A DNA stretch of 64,000 nt from Setoptus koraiensis (lineage: Eukaryota > Animalia > Arthropoda). The notes beneath the pieces are model-generated. The model saw only the letters and a list, made by a program, of their open reading frames with translations. It was not told the origin of the DNA and did not search any database. The DNA is taken from positions 5,828,001 to 5,892,000 of the forward strand of contig CM106586.1 in NCBI GenBank assembly GCA_048013815.1, written 5' to 3'. Positions 23,280 to 34,130 of this stretch are shown one piece after another (positions within the stretch are counted from its first letter, which is position 1; each line of letters begins with the position of its first letter). Both the position numbers and the translations under genes were made by a program.

Positions 23280-25487
23280 TTAATCAGGACCATTGTCCTC
23301 ATCTATATTTGGACTAGTATCGTTGTTCGTTTGATCTGTTTCATTCTGAGGTCCATTTTGTCTATCTCCAGCTGTCCAAACGTTACTTAGAACTCCCAAT
23401 AGTCTTACGACTGACTGCTGAATGCTCATCGAATCTCCGTCGATTTCATCCTCGTTTTCTATCCCTGCGTGATGGTTTGTCTCTTCCAAACCGTTTGATA
23501 ATTGTGTTAATTGGCGATCAAATTCACTCTGTTCTAGCGTCTGTTGGCTGGGAAAACTTGGTATCATTGAACGAAGAAACAATCTCAACGTGCTACTATT
23601 GGATGAAGAACTTTCGGTATCACCTAGTGAAGTACCATTAAAAGAGATTCGGTTGTTTCTCGCCAGTCTTGGTGGTCTCTTGTAAGAGATGATTGGATTT
23701 GGCGGAGGGAATGGATCGTAATCTAGTATGGGTGATGATGTAGCACTTGCTGGTAAAGAAATCAATTCTCTCGGGAGATCAGATAAAATTATGTGTCTCA
23801 GTAGATTCCTTGGAGATGGTCCAACAAAGTAAGAGTTAGCCCGAGCTTGGATACTCTTATCTATTTCATTGTTCGCCACTTGTTTGACTATCGCCGAGAC
23901 ATTTTTCTCAATCCAAGAGATAACATCCCGATCCTTATATAGCATATATGTTCTTGATACATACAAACGAATAAGTAAATCAAGAGGTTCCGGTAAGTTT
24001 CTTTCGTCGGGTCTAGAGAAGTACCGGCATTTTTTGAACTCCTGGTCTGGTTCTACTTTGCATGCCTCCAGTAAACGGCCAACAAAGCTAGGAAATTTTG
24101 TTATTGCTTGTTTGAGATGTTTGTTTGCTTCATCAAAGTTTTTCTCTTCATGGGATTTATTTCCCTTGTGTTTTTTCGATTTGAGAAAGTATGCCAAACT
24201 TATTGAAAATTGAAAATTAGGAAGTTCTGATACTTCACTCCAGTTCTGACTGAATTCAATCAAATAATCGTATTCTTCGCTTCTTATTGCATAAAAATCT
24301 AGTGTCAGTGTAGAGAAGAGGGGATCTCCCTCAGGGTCGAGTGATAATAATAGTTTGTTAAACTCCAAAGGTGTCCTCCGAAGGCCTCTACGACCCAAAT
24401 AGTTCATGTGTTTAAATATTGCGATAAAGAAACTCCTATTCTCTGGTCTTTGGTATTCTAATCGACTTCTCGGTTGTGTTTGAATGAACGATGGATGAAA
24501 TGCTTTCTCATACACATACAGAGCCCTCTCTAAAAATTCAGAAGCTGTCTTGTAGTCTTCCGACATTTTCATGAACTCACTGAGTTGTATCAAGGTTTCA
24601 CAGTGGCAAGGATTTTTCGTTAATATTTGTAATAACACTGATGGTTCGCCCTGTCCAACCGCATCAAGGAACTCGTAGTGGGTAAATTGGTATGTTGGCC
24701 CGTGGACAAATTTGAAAAATTTCCTATCATCAAAAGTAGATGTGCTTTGTTGTGTTTCTGAGTTCATTTCGAATGTCGGGTAGTTCATAGCTTTATCGAG
24801 TTCCATGGACAAACCAAAAGACGGACTGTAATGCCAAGCATATCTATCTTCGACTAAAAGCATTCTGGCTCTATTTGATGCGCCGGGCCTGCTGCTAGTG
24901 TGTCTCAGTGAGGCTGAACGTTCACTTTCGATGGTCTTACGACCGAACATTCTTTTGAATTCTTTATCTGGTATCAAGTTTCTAAGTTCTATTTTCAACA
25001 AATCTGGACGTTTCATTTCCTTTAATACATCTCGATGATCAGATATGTCCTTCTTAGGGAGTTCATTAACAGTTTTACTGTCTGCAGTAGATAATACCTC
25101 TAAGTTGGTGTCGCCTTTCTTAGCGTTTTTAGCTCGTTTCCTCTTGTTCTTCCTCCTGTTACTATTATTCGGTTTGTTCTTGGTTGGCTGTTTTCTATGA
25201 CTACTGTCGCTACTGTTGTTCTTCGATGCATCATCGTAATCACTGTTGCTTGGTTGGATATTATCACAAGAGTCTTTTAGATCCAAATCAGTGTCGTCGC
25301 CATCGACTAAATTCAGCAGATCAAACTTGTTAAAAATAACATCTTTAGGGTCCTCGTTATCATCTTCGAAGGATTTATCCGAATACTGTTGCTGATTGGT
25401 TGCATTCTTTTTAAGTTTGCTTCCATCGTCAGGTGAACGAATGTCTATAATTTGAGGATCCTCCGTCGACTCGTTGCTTGAATCCAT
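23280..25487 (-). CDS. TCF25: TCF25 / RQC1 ribosome quality-control factor (intronless CDS)
   Basis: RNLIPDKEFKRMFG, FFKFVHGPTYQ, NPCHCETLIQLS, ERALYVYEKAFHPSF, YQRPENRSFFIAIFKH, RRGLRRTPLEFNKLLLSLDPEGDPL, LPNFQFSISLAYF, YDPFPP. Confidence 0.92.
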   Translation of the reverse strand: MDSSNESTEDPQIIDIRSPDDGSKLKKNATNQQQYSDKSFEDDNEDPKDVIFNKFDLLNLVDGDDTDLDLKDSCDNIQPSNSDYDDASKNNSSDSSHRKQPTKNKPNNSNRRKNKRKRAKNAKKGDTNLEVLSTADSKTVNELPKKDISDHRDVLKEMKRPDLLKIELRNLIPDKEFKRMFGRKTIESERSASLRHTSSRPGASNRARMLLVEDRYAWHYSPSFGLSMELDKAMNYPTFEMNSETQQSTSTFDDRKFFKFVHGPTYQFTHYEFLDAVGQGEPSVLLQILTKNPCHCETLIQLSEFMKMSEDYKTASEFLERALYVYEKAFHPSFIQTQPRSRLEYQRPENRSFFIAIFKHMNYLGRRGLRRTPLEFNKLLLSLDPEGDPLFSTLTLDFYAIRSEEYDYLIEFSQNWSEVSELPNFQFSISLAYFLKSKKHKGNKSHEEKNFDEANKHLKQAITKFPSFVGRLLEACKVEPDQEFKKCRYFSRPDERNLPEPLDLLIRLYVSRTYMLYKDRDVISWIEKNVSAIVKQVANNEIDKSIQARANSYFVGPSPRNLLRHIILSDLPRELISLPASATSSPILDYDPFPPPNPIISYKRPPRLARNNRISFNGTSLGDTESSSSNSSTLRLFLRSMIPSFPSQQTLEQSEFDRQLTQLSNGLEETNHHAGIENEDEIDGDSMSIQQSVVRLLGVLSNVWTAGDRQNGPQNETDQTNNDTSPNIDEDNGPD

Positions 25488-26556
25488 AGTTATACAGAAT
25501 GGTGAGATTTATGGCGGTGGATGATGAGGATCTGCTTGAAACAAAGGATATAATAACGACGATTCTTAATACATGAACATGTAATATAGAGATATTATTA
25601 TTTTACTTCTGAATGAGCTCCAAAGAGAATCTGGTGTGAATTAATTTTGGTAATCAGGGCAATGTGTGTGTGCAAGTACCATCATTAGTAAATTACTGGG
25701 TGGTTCAAAAGTTTTCGCAAGATTTTTTATTGTATCCCACCGCAACGTGGCGCTGGAATGGCTTGTTGGAACTGCTGTTTCATCTTACCCGTTAAAAATA
25801 TTTTCATCATGAATCACACAACTTTAAATCTGAGTTAGAGAGCCAGCAAGTGTAACAGAAAAAGCCTCTCTGCGGACGTAAATGGCATCAAATCACGCAT
25901 TGATATTCTTCACTTCGTATGGCAGCTTTATTTGCACACTGTTACAAGTTGAAAATTCTGTGCGAAAAATGCAAGAATTCAACCCGTTCATAATACATTG
26001 TAGACTATCGAGGCTTTTTTAATAAGCTTAAGGAGATCACTTTTAAACATTAGGGCTGAATGAGCTCAATATCAACATGCAGAGCATCCAATGTTTTAGT
26101 TTGGATTGAAGCTTTTAATAGAGACTTACGAAGTCTTTCGTTGTTGTTATTATTAATATTATATAACAATAAAAATATATTCGTTGCATCGTATCATTAT
26201 TACAGGTCAAGACTGAACTCTACCCGATATGGATAAATTATTGAGTCTATTATTCTTGGATATTCTCATGCCAGATTTCTCTTTCAATCAAGGTTGATGA
26301 TATGTCCTGATTTAAAATACAATACTGCTCGCAGATCAATGTAACTATTAATATTAGTCACCCCAGTCTATCATGTACATCTAGTTCACCAACATCGAAT
26401 GAAATCAATCAAACGGAATTCTTTTAGTACAGATAATATATTAAGATCACGCCTCAAATAAACAAATTCGAGAAGCCGGGATTGCCAATTGGGGTCGTTT
26501 CGTCTGAGCTAGCTGCCAAGTATCTAGAGTTTTCCTCATGCCTTTTTTGATATTGA

Positions 26557-27216
26557 TTGTTGCTACATCATCACCCCCAATTATTAATTAGTGTAATAGA
26601 TGTTTCGAAGGGAACAAACAAAATCATGTTGCTGTGTGTTTTGTTGATCTACAGAACTCTTTTCAAAATTCTTATAGAATGTCCATTAACACCACCGGAT
26701 GCAGACGATAATAGTGAACCATTGAAATACCAAGAATGTATAGGATTAATCACGTTGGACCTACCACTTTGTTTCATCATTACAATAATTTTGTTCATAC
26801 AAGCTTGGCCCATCATTGCTCAACATTGGCCACCATGGTCGCCATTCCTACTTCTTTATCGCATTACTAGTCCCTCATTAGGAGAATTGACAGTGAAATT
26901 TTCTCTTTCGCCACCAACAAACTCCGTTGATAATGGAGACAGTTTGATTCGGCAGGATAATAACAGCAACAACTACCACCCTAGGATTTTCTCCACCTTT
27001 TATCTTTATGAGCTTTGTTTAGTACTCAAAACAAGTTTACTTACATATATCAGGAAGATAAACATACGCTTATTCATGTTAGGCTATACAACATCTTACA
27101 GGAGTATTTTACCCATGCTAAGAAGACTGATTGATTTAATCATTGAGGGGACGTTGATAAGTCAAAAACGAGAGGAACCAATCAATTTACAAATGAATAC
27201 AACTAGCCTAGTATAG
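26557..27216 (+). CDS. Orphan 219-codon ORF with hydrophobic stretches; function unknown
   Basis: Long stop-free frame in AT-rich DNA not overlapping any recognised gene. No recognisable domain; the first ATG is internal (MLLCVLLIY). Confidence 0.25.
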   Translation: MLLHHHPQLLISVIDVSKGTNKIMLLCVLLIYRTLFKILIECPLTPPDADDNSEPLKYQECIGLITLDLPLCFIITIILFIQAWPIIAQHWPPWSPFLLLYRITSPSLGELTVKFSLSPPTNSVDNGDSLIRQDNNSNNYHPRIFSTFYLYELCLVLKTSLLTYIRKINIRLFMLGYTTSYRSILPMLRRLIDLIIEGTLISQKREEPINLQMNTTSLV

Positions 27217-28168
27217 TTGTCTCGTTAGTTTGTTATTACTAAATTTGATAATAATAATATTACAAAATCAAACCTGTACCTATGAGAAATATAACTTAGG
27301 CTTGTAACGTCTTTTACTTTTTTAGCGCTATTTTATTCGTTTTCGTCTGAGATTGTTGGTATGAAGAAAGGTTCACTAAAATTCCCATGAAACACAAGAC
27401 CCGTACAGTACAGTATAGGATCGTCAAGACAGAGTAATAAAGGGAGGAGAATGGTTAAACTTTTCATTTTTGAATATCAGCTAACTGGTCAGCTGGCGCT
27501 AGTCCAGAGAAGTTGCTCTATTGCTGTAGGTACGAGTGTTGACGTTGATGTGCGATGAACTCATGAGTCAAAGTGTTCCAGTCAGATCTAACAAATACTG
27601 TTAGTGTTTTAATTCCGTCTAACTGTGATCGGTATCAACAAATGACACTGAAACATTAGACTATAATTCACTAACGAGGAAGCTAATGAAATTGGATGGC
27701 AATTATCTCGAATATATTCAGATTTGTCGATTGCATCAATTATGTTGATCAGAGAGAAAGCCATAAAACACTCTAAATCATATCGAATTGACGTCCGGTC
27801 GCAAACAACTGATTAATTTATCCAATGCCGTTTCGCTTTGTATGAGTCAATCAGAGCAAACAATTATTATCTATCATCAAGCTAACTTGAATGAGGATAA
27901 TAACTGAATGAGTCATAATGATTGAAACATGATTGATAGTTGTCAAAAAGAATTTTTATGTACTATAATTGGATCCGCTTAGTTCATATGGCTCTATCCA
28001 AATGACAAACTACCTAGGGGATTGAATAACAAATCTAACAGCTCCACTAGATTAGTTGCATAAGCATACCAAGTTTATCCTATGATCGTTTCTCATTGGC
28101 CTGGCTGGAAAATCAAAGCTGGAATAACCCACACGCAATGTTCAGGTTGTAAAACAAGAAAAAATGAG

Positions 28169-28192
28169 AAAGAGAGAGGGAGAGTATAAAAA
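28169..28192 (+). promoter_or_regulatory. GA-rich element plus TATA box of the aspartic protease gene
   Basis: gaaagagagagggagagTATAAAA about 180 bp upstream of the ATG at 28366. Confidence 0.55.
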
Positions 28193-28365
28193 GAGCTGAG
28201 TATTATGTCAATCTCGTCCAACAATAAGCTGCAACGACAGAGCGATCAACAATCGGCAAAAGTTCAGTGAATGTGAGTTAGTAACGTAAAATATATCAAC
28301 AATCAAGATTGAGTTAAATAAGTAAACTGTTGAAAGAAAAAAGGTGAATAACATCAACTGTCAAT

Positions 28366-29496
28366 ATGAATAGCTATTGTGCGTCTTTAGTGTTAATCGT
28401 AATTTTGCCCAGTCTCTCAATTATTTCTGAAGCTCAACGTGTTAAGATTCCTCTGACCAGAGGTGGGTTCGAATTGAAAAAAGATGCTGAATCCATTATA
28501 TCATATTATGGTGCTTTTGATGTCGGATCTCCAATGAAGACATTCAAAGTTTTGTTCGACACTAGCACTAGTGACTGTTGGATACCCCACTATGAATGGT
28601 CGCCATTTAAGACAAGCTTGCATTATAGAACAGGTTATTTGGGTAGCGAGAGTTCAACAAGTGAAAAATTCGACACGAAAAAATCAATCAATAGTCGCGG
28701 AACGATTTTAACAGGAAAACTTTATACAGATATTATAAAACTGGGAGATAATCATGCAACTATGCCAGGAAATCGCCAAGGTTTTATTGCCATCTCCGAA
28801 GCAAGTAATGATCAATTCAAAGATGAGCCTTACGATGGAGTAATAGGATTGTCACCGGCAACACAATCGGCAGTCGGAGTTAGGAATATTCTCATAGGCC
28901 TGAGAGAAGCCAATGTAATTGGTAAATTAGAGTTTTCATTTTGGATCAACTCAATACATGATAATGCAATCGGCGGCGAATTGACTCTTGGTGGTGTGGA
29001 CGAATCAAAATATATTGGTAATTTCTATTACCATAAAGTTACTGACTACAACAATTGGCAGATCGCTTTGCAACGAGTTTCTCTTGGAGATCTAGATATT
29101 GGTTGCTCTGACAGAAGATGCCAAGTTGCCTTTGATACCGGTGTTACAGATGCATATGGGCCATCAGAGCAAGTGTCGAAAATCTATGATGCAATCACAA
29201 CAGTGGTTGACTCAGCTTCAAAGTTGCAAACAGTTGATTGCAACCGTATAGGAACTTTGCCAAATATCAAATTTCAAATAGATGGTTTAAACTATCAATT
29301 GTTGCCGTCTAATTATGTAAGACGTTTCAAGTCTGGAACATTCTCAACTACTGTGAAATGTTATATAGCCATCAAACCACATTTAGACGGAAGTAAATGG
29401 ATTTTGGGCACTAACTATCTAAGTCAATACTATACAAGATTTGACTATGAAAATCGACAGATGGGCTTCGCTTCTGTCCGACCGCAGAATGGTTAA
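28366..29496 (+). CDS. Secreted pepsin-family (A1) aspartic protease-like protein, divergent, intronless
   Basis: Signal peptide MNSYCASLVLIVILPSLSIISEA; YYGAFDVGSP..FKVLFDTSTSDCWIP; YDGVIGL; GGELTLGGVDESKYIG; VAFDTGVT; WILGTNYLSQYYTRFDYENRQMGFA. Confidence 0.9.
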   Translation: MNSYCASLVLIVILPSLSIISEAQRVKIPLTRGGFELKKDAESIISYYGAFDVGSPMKTFKVLFDTSTSDCWIPHYEWSPFKTSLHYRTGYLGSESSTSEKFDTKKSINSRGTILTGKLYTDIIKLGDNHATMPGNRQGFIAISEASNDQFKDEPYDGVIGLSPATQSAVGVRNILIGLREANVIGKLEFSFWINSIHDNAIGGELTLGGVDESKYIGNFYYHKVTDYNNWQIALQRVSLGDLDIGCSDRRCQVAFDTGVTDAYGPSEQVSKIYDAITTVVDSASKLQTVDCNRIGTLPNIKFQIDGLNYQLLPSNYVRRFKSGTFSTTVKCYIAIKPHLDGSKWILGTNYLSQYYTRFDYENRQMGFASVRPQNG

Positions 29497-30665
29497 TCAT
29501 TCTACGCTGTCGCTTATGAAGTCAGAAAAAACTCACAATGTTATTTAACAGATCTATAACTGAATGTCTACCGAACGTGCGACACTGACTGTGACTTAAC
29601 TGTGGATTAGACTTTGTTGTACACTGTGTTTGTAGAGAAAGATTGGGTCAGATCAGTGTGAAACTTTCAATAACCAATATCATCATCATTCACTTTCTCA
29701 GATTTGTGCATTGATTTGTTTCATCAATAAAACCGGAAGCATTATCATAGTAGAGCAGTCCAACAGATTCTCGAGATGACCAATTATTCGTTCATCTTCA
29801 TTTTCAATGAATCGCTAATCAAGCGATACATTTACTCTCGTGGCATGATATCGATCCTAGGTTGCCCCGTTTAAAATATTCGCTCTGGCGAGTTTTTGTC
29901 GATTCTTATTCGATTACCATTGTCTCGTGATGGATGGTATGCCGACCTTGATCAGAAGAAAAATTGTTAGAAATTTCGTGGTGCATATTATAGGCTCTAC
30001 GCAACCCGTCGAATGATGTTAGAGGATACTTGAAGGACTCTAAGTCCAGGTAAGATTTTCTACGAGGCGACCGCATTCCTAATTAAATTTCACAGTAGAT
30101 ATGAAGCGTTGTGTAATCAGTAAAAGGAAGACAATGAAAACCTTTAAATGCCTCGCACATCGGGGATATCTCTTATAGTAAGCCTCCCGGTCTACTGGAT
30201 CAATTGGGTACAACGAAGTAACCAGAAGTTACGATAAATATTCTTGGGCTTTTCAATCTCAGTATTCTCCCCATAGATAATCTCTCGAAGTGGGGTTTGA
30301 ATGCACCAAGTCTGTATTACTGTTAGGACAGTTTAAAAGTTTATACCTCAAAAGTAAGTAAGCAACGAAAAGATATCACGGCTGGGCAGATAAGAAAACG
30401 TTTGTTCCCTGCCTAAATGAAAGGTAGAGACTTACACCATGTTTAGATGATTTCATCTATGGATGAAGCGACTGATGCTGTGGTTTAATGTACATTTGAG
30501 GTGATAATAGTTTGATTGATGATACATTCTCTAATGAAACCAAGAGCGAATGATATCTCAAAGTGCTTGATGGTGTTGATGATAATTATAATGATAGGCT
30601 GACAACATGTGCGTTCGAGAGTGAGAACATCCCGAAATTAATAGCAATAATGATAGTAGTTTTGT

Positions 30666-31607
30666 TTAAAATTCCGGCACACTGTGATCCATAACTTTCC
30701 TCAACAATTTTGGAGATGTCTGTTTAATCATGTGCTCATATATTTTGCTTGGCACTATAGTCAATATAACAACATTGCCACAATTTTCTATGATCTTGCG
30801 TACTTCTGCGGTATCCATAGCTACAACATTTTGGCCATTAATTTCCAATATATTATGCTCAATAAGTAGACCGTTTCTAGCTGCTGAGGAGTCCTTAACA
30901 ATGCTGACAATCTTCCCATGCTTACCGAACATGAATCCTACAGAACCCGAATCATCCTTGTGCAGTGTGATAGTCCTTTCAAACGGCCTGTCTCTAACGA
31001 CCAATCTAAGGTTGTCTGGGTGGGCTTTTCTAAAAATATCATGCACTTTGTGCATTGGGAAACCAGCCACTGGGATATCGTTTATTTCCAGAACTTGATC
31101 CCCAAATCTAATACCAGCTAATGCCGCAGGTGATCCAGCATGCACAAGGACCACAAATACTCCACCTTGAACGGGTGCTAGTCTTAGCCCTACTTTGTTA
31201 GATCCGTCTTTACAAAGTATGACTGGTCTAATGGTGTTGGATGGTTGCAATTTGTAAGCTTGACTATCGCCAGATAAAGGCGCCACCATAGATGTGTGCT
31301 TCCCTGGTACCGATACGGCAGATGAATGGGCACTAATAGAATGTAGATCGGAGGTGTCTAAATGTAGGCCCATGTAATTATTGAATGAAGGATATATGCC
31401 AGAATCATTAGAATATTTTGTAAGATTACTATTGAGTGCTGAAGCAGCAACGACGGCAGCAGCAGTTGGTCTGATAGTGGTGGCTGATGATAATAATATT
31501 GGCGCAGATGAATTGTTGTTGTTGGTTGGATGATGATCGTAAACGTTGCCATTGTTCATTAGAACATCGTACTTAAAGTCTTCTAAAGACGGATAGAGGC
31601 TTGCCAT
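30666..31607 (-). CDS. SDCBP: Syntenin (tandem PDZ adaptor), intronless
   Basis: MASLYPSLED N-terminus; PDZ1 (VILCKDGSNKVGLRL..GSPAALAGIRFGDQVLEIN); PDZ2 (RPFERTITLHKDDSGSVGF..SSAARNGLL); C-terminal MDHSVPEF. Confidence 0.95.
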   Translation of the reverse strand: MASLYPSLEDFKYDVLMNNGNVYDHHPTNNNNSSAPILLSSATTIRPTAAAVVAASALNSNLTKYSNDSGIYPSFNNYMGLHLDTSDLHSISAHSSAVSVPGKHTSMVAPLSGDSQAYKLQPSNTIRPVILCKDGSNKVGLRLAPVQGGVFVVLVHAGSPAALAGIRFGDQVLEINDIPVAGFPMHKVHDIFRKAHPDNLRLVVRDRPFERTITLHKDDSGSVGFMFGKHGKIVSIVKDSSAARNGLLIEHNILEINGQNVVAMDTAEVRKIIENCGNVVILTIVPSKIYEHMIKQTSPKLLRKVMDHSVPEF

Positions 31608-32601
31608 TATGTTTGTGTTAGTGTATTAAAGCGCTAGAGAATAGTAAAATTGCTATAGGGGTCCTCTTTGAGACAATTGAATGCACTCCAAAATTCAACA
31701 ATGTTGGTCTAAATGATAATATGAAATAAAATGATAATACAGAGATGATATTAATGTATTTATGGTTGGTCCAGCATACTAATAGCGAAAAAACTGTGTC
31801 TTGTGTAAATAACTGTGGTGCCTATTTGGTCCAGTGTCCGTCAGCGATTTTCGTCAGTTTGTCTATGGCTTTGTATTGTAGGTGGTAATGTATCAGATGG
31901 ATCAGCGTTTAACGACTATTTTCTCTACAGATGAACAAAGAGATTACTGTGAAACAACAAGAATCCATTTCATCATTTAACGAATCGCTATATGTACTAT
32001 CGTGATTTATATGACCAACTTCACTCACTAACAGAAGGTTTATGATAGGATGTGTGAGATAACAATGTAGGCCCGTCGATATATGCAATTATCTCTGACT
32101 TACTTTGCTGTGCACGCACCGTCGACAGCGTTTGGCGTCATGATGTGCATCTCCAGCAGAGTCTAGACTGTGTAATAATGTCCTGGGAAATTAGATATTT
32201 AGGTCGACCTAAATAAACGCGCGGTGCAGACCTTAAGACAGTGAGGGGTGCAGACAAAACTAGACTAGAGCACTACTCTTGCTCGCTTTTGTCTTGGTGC
32301 ACTCGCAACTGAACAAAGATGCGCACGCGCTAGGTGTTTGGTGCAGGCTCTGCAAGCCTAGCAACTGGAAGCGCGGCGAGCCAAGCGGCCAAGTGTCGAC
32401 TTTCACCACGGTGATAGTTTACTAGTACAGGCAGTCTCACAGTTCTGTCTCCTGTGAATAGACTCGTGCTGTGCATCTGTGAGCAAAGCGAAAAGTAACA
32501 CTGTTTAGATTTGAGCAATCTCTACAGAACCCCAAAACAGTCATACTTCTCTTATAAAGGAACTACTAATAACTATTTTTTTTTTATTTTAAATTAATAG
32601 T

Positions 32602-33795
32602 CTATTGATGAAATACACCAGCTGCAAGTAATAGATTCCTTCTTGTGAAATGTAAATGATGTATCGATGTACTTTTTGTTCTATATGAGCCAAGAATCAA
32701 ATTCTTCGTGTCGGTATATACAGTAGGTTTCGAGGAAGGACTCAATTCATCGGCATCTAGCTCATCAATCAGTTTTGAAAAGTCCCACAAATGTATGCAA
32801 TCATCTAAGCCTCCTGATGCCAGAATAGTTCCGCAACGGCTAAAGCTAAATGTCAGAACTGTGTCTCTGTGTGCATCCAGTTCAGCCAATTTGTAGCCAA
32901 AGTTGAAATCCCAGAAAATGACCTTTTTGTCAGTTCCACTGGAGACTAGAAATCGTCCATCTATTGAAAATGTCAGCGCTAGAATTCTACTAGAATGACC
33001 TACGAAGGTGCGGTGACAATTTCCCTCTATAATGTCCCACGATTTAATTGAGCAATCGCTGGAACCACTAACAAGATAATTTGAGGTCGGATGGAACTCG
33101 ACGCAGTCAACGTCGTCCATGTGTCCTACAAAAACTCTCAATGGTTGATGATTATCGGTGACCCAGACTCTAGCTGTTTGATCATTTGAACAGGAGGAGA
33201 AGTAATAACCGTGCGGGCTAAACTTGACATCCCAAACAGGATAACAGTGACCCTTATAAGAGCAAACATTTGTCCATGTTTGCGTGCTCCATAGCCTGAT
33301 GGTTGCATCCTCAGATGCTGACAACAAAAATAATCTATCTGGACTTATGCTTACGCTAAATACTGGGCCCGAATGTCCATTAAGTATCTTTCTATCGGAT
33401 GAGGCCTCATCCTCAAACATCTTTGATAATACATCGTCTGATTCTTTATCTAGTTCCTCCAACTCATTGGCCGATCTTAGTTGTCTTAGGTTTGCTGGTG
33501 TCAATGGCCACACACGTACAGTTGAATCTGATAGACCAATGGCTATTATAGATGAATCTTCGGCAATCTGGCAACATAGTGCAGCGGTATTATGGCTCTC
33601 TTTGGCATTTAAAATAGTGTACATACAAATGGACGGTAGTGATTCTGGGGATAATTTGTGTCTCAGGTGTGCCTCTTTTTGTGCGGCGATCTTGTCCTGT
33701 TTGTCCAAATCTCTACTCTCAGGGAGAGGTAATTTTGTTGCTAGTGATATGAGTGTGTCCTTGCGAGATTTCTTTTTGCGAGGCTCCTTCTCCAT
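32602..33795 (-). CDS. TAF5: TFIID subunit TAF5, WD40 half only (no LisH/NTD2)
   Basis: LPLPESRD, LPSICMYT, LDKESDDVLSKM, GHSGPVFSVSISPDR, YKGHCYPVWDVKFSPHGYYF, RTKSTSIHHLHFTRRNLLLAAG. In-frame TGA two codons upstream of the ATG. Confidence 0.9.
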   Translation of the reverse strand: MEKEPRKKKSRKDTLISLATKLPLPESRDLDKQDKIAAQKEAHLRHKLSPESLPSICMYTILNAKESHNTAALCCQIAEDSSIIAIGLSDSTVRVWPLTPANLRQLRSANELEELDKESDDVLSKMFEDEASSDRKILNGHSGPVFSVSISPDRLFLLSASEDATIRLWSTQTWTNVCSYKGHCYPVWDVKFSPHGYYFSSCSNDQTARVWVTDNHQPLRVFVGHMDDVDCVEFHPTSNYLVSGSSDCSIKSWDIIEGNCHRTFVGHSSRILALTFSIDGRFLVSSGTDKKVIFWDFNFGYKLAELDAHRDTVLTFSFSRCGTILASGGLDDCIHLWDFSKLIDELDADELSPSSKPTVYTDTKNLILGSYRTKSTSIHHLHFTRRNLLLAAGVFHQ

Positions 33796-33967
33796 TTTTG
33801 CTCAATTCATAAGACAATTGTTTAGTGACAGGAATGATCTACACATGTAAGAGACCCGTGTGATATTGGTCACACTGTGATTGGAAATTTGAAAATGTGG
33901 AAAAACTAATGCCTTATCTCCATGCGCAGAACTGCGCGCTAAATTTCAAAGTTGTGAAAATGTTGTT

Positions 33968-34130
33968 GATCGGGGGAGCCCTCCCGCTCCCCGAATTTCG
34001 TTACAGAGTGCACATCTGCAACGGGGAGCGACGGGGAGCAAGCGGGAGCAAAAATCGACGAGGGGAGCCTGCCTCTGTATGCTGGCAGGACCTGTTTGCA
34101 TAGGCTCGCACAGATTCACTCCCCCGAACA
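33968..34130. mobile_element. GC-rich MITE-like element with short terminal inverted repeats
   Basis: tcgggggag (33970) and ctcccccga (34119) are inverted; internal cgctccccg/cggggagcg stem and several (g)gggagc copies. No clear target-site duplication. Confidence 0.3.

Noticed and set aside
26500-27000. NUMT or alternative genetic code (TGA-rich minus-strand frame)
   Set aside because: TAA/TAG stops remain and no mitochondrial protein motif is recognisable.
29930-30056. U1 snRNA-like 5' end on the minus strand (ATCTTACCTGG, later atatgcac and aatttttc)
   Set aside because: It is also simply the reverse complement of an ordinary 5' splice site (ccag|gtaaga). The U1-70K loop (GATCACGAAG) and four-way junction are absent and the spacing to the Sm-like site is too short.
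32196-32215. Perfect 20-bp palindrome tatttaggtcgacctaaata
   Set aside because: Real, but one AT-rich palindrome of this size in 64 kb is not far from chance and has no supporting context.
32330-32518. Short ORF containing FTGDRTVRL, reminiscent of a WD40 repeat, next to TAF5
   Set aside because: No WD dipeptide or GH motif and the flanks do not align to TAF5; treated as coincidence.
33284-33850. 188-aa + strand ORF and similar ORFs (e.g. 16209, 17360, 23869, 30730, 42278, 49149)
   Set aside because: Antisense or frame shadows of well-supported genes.
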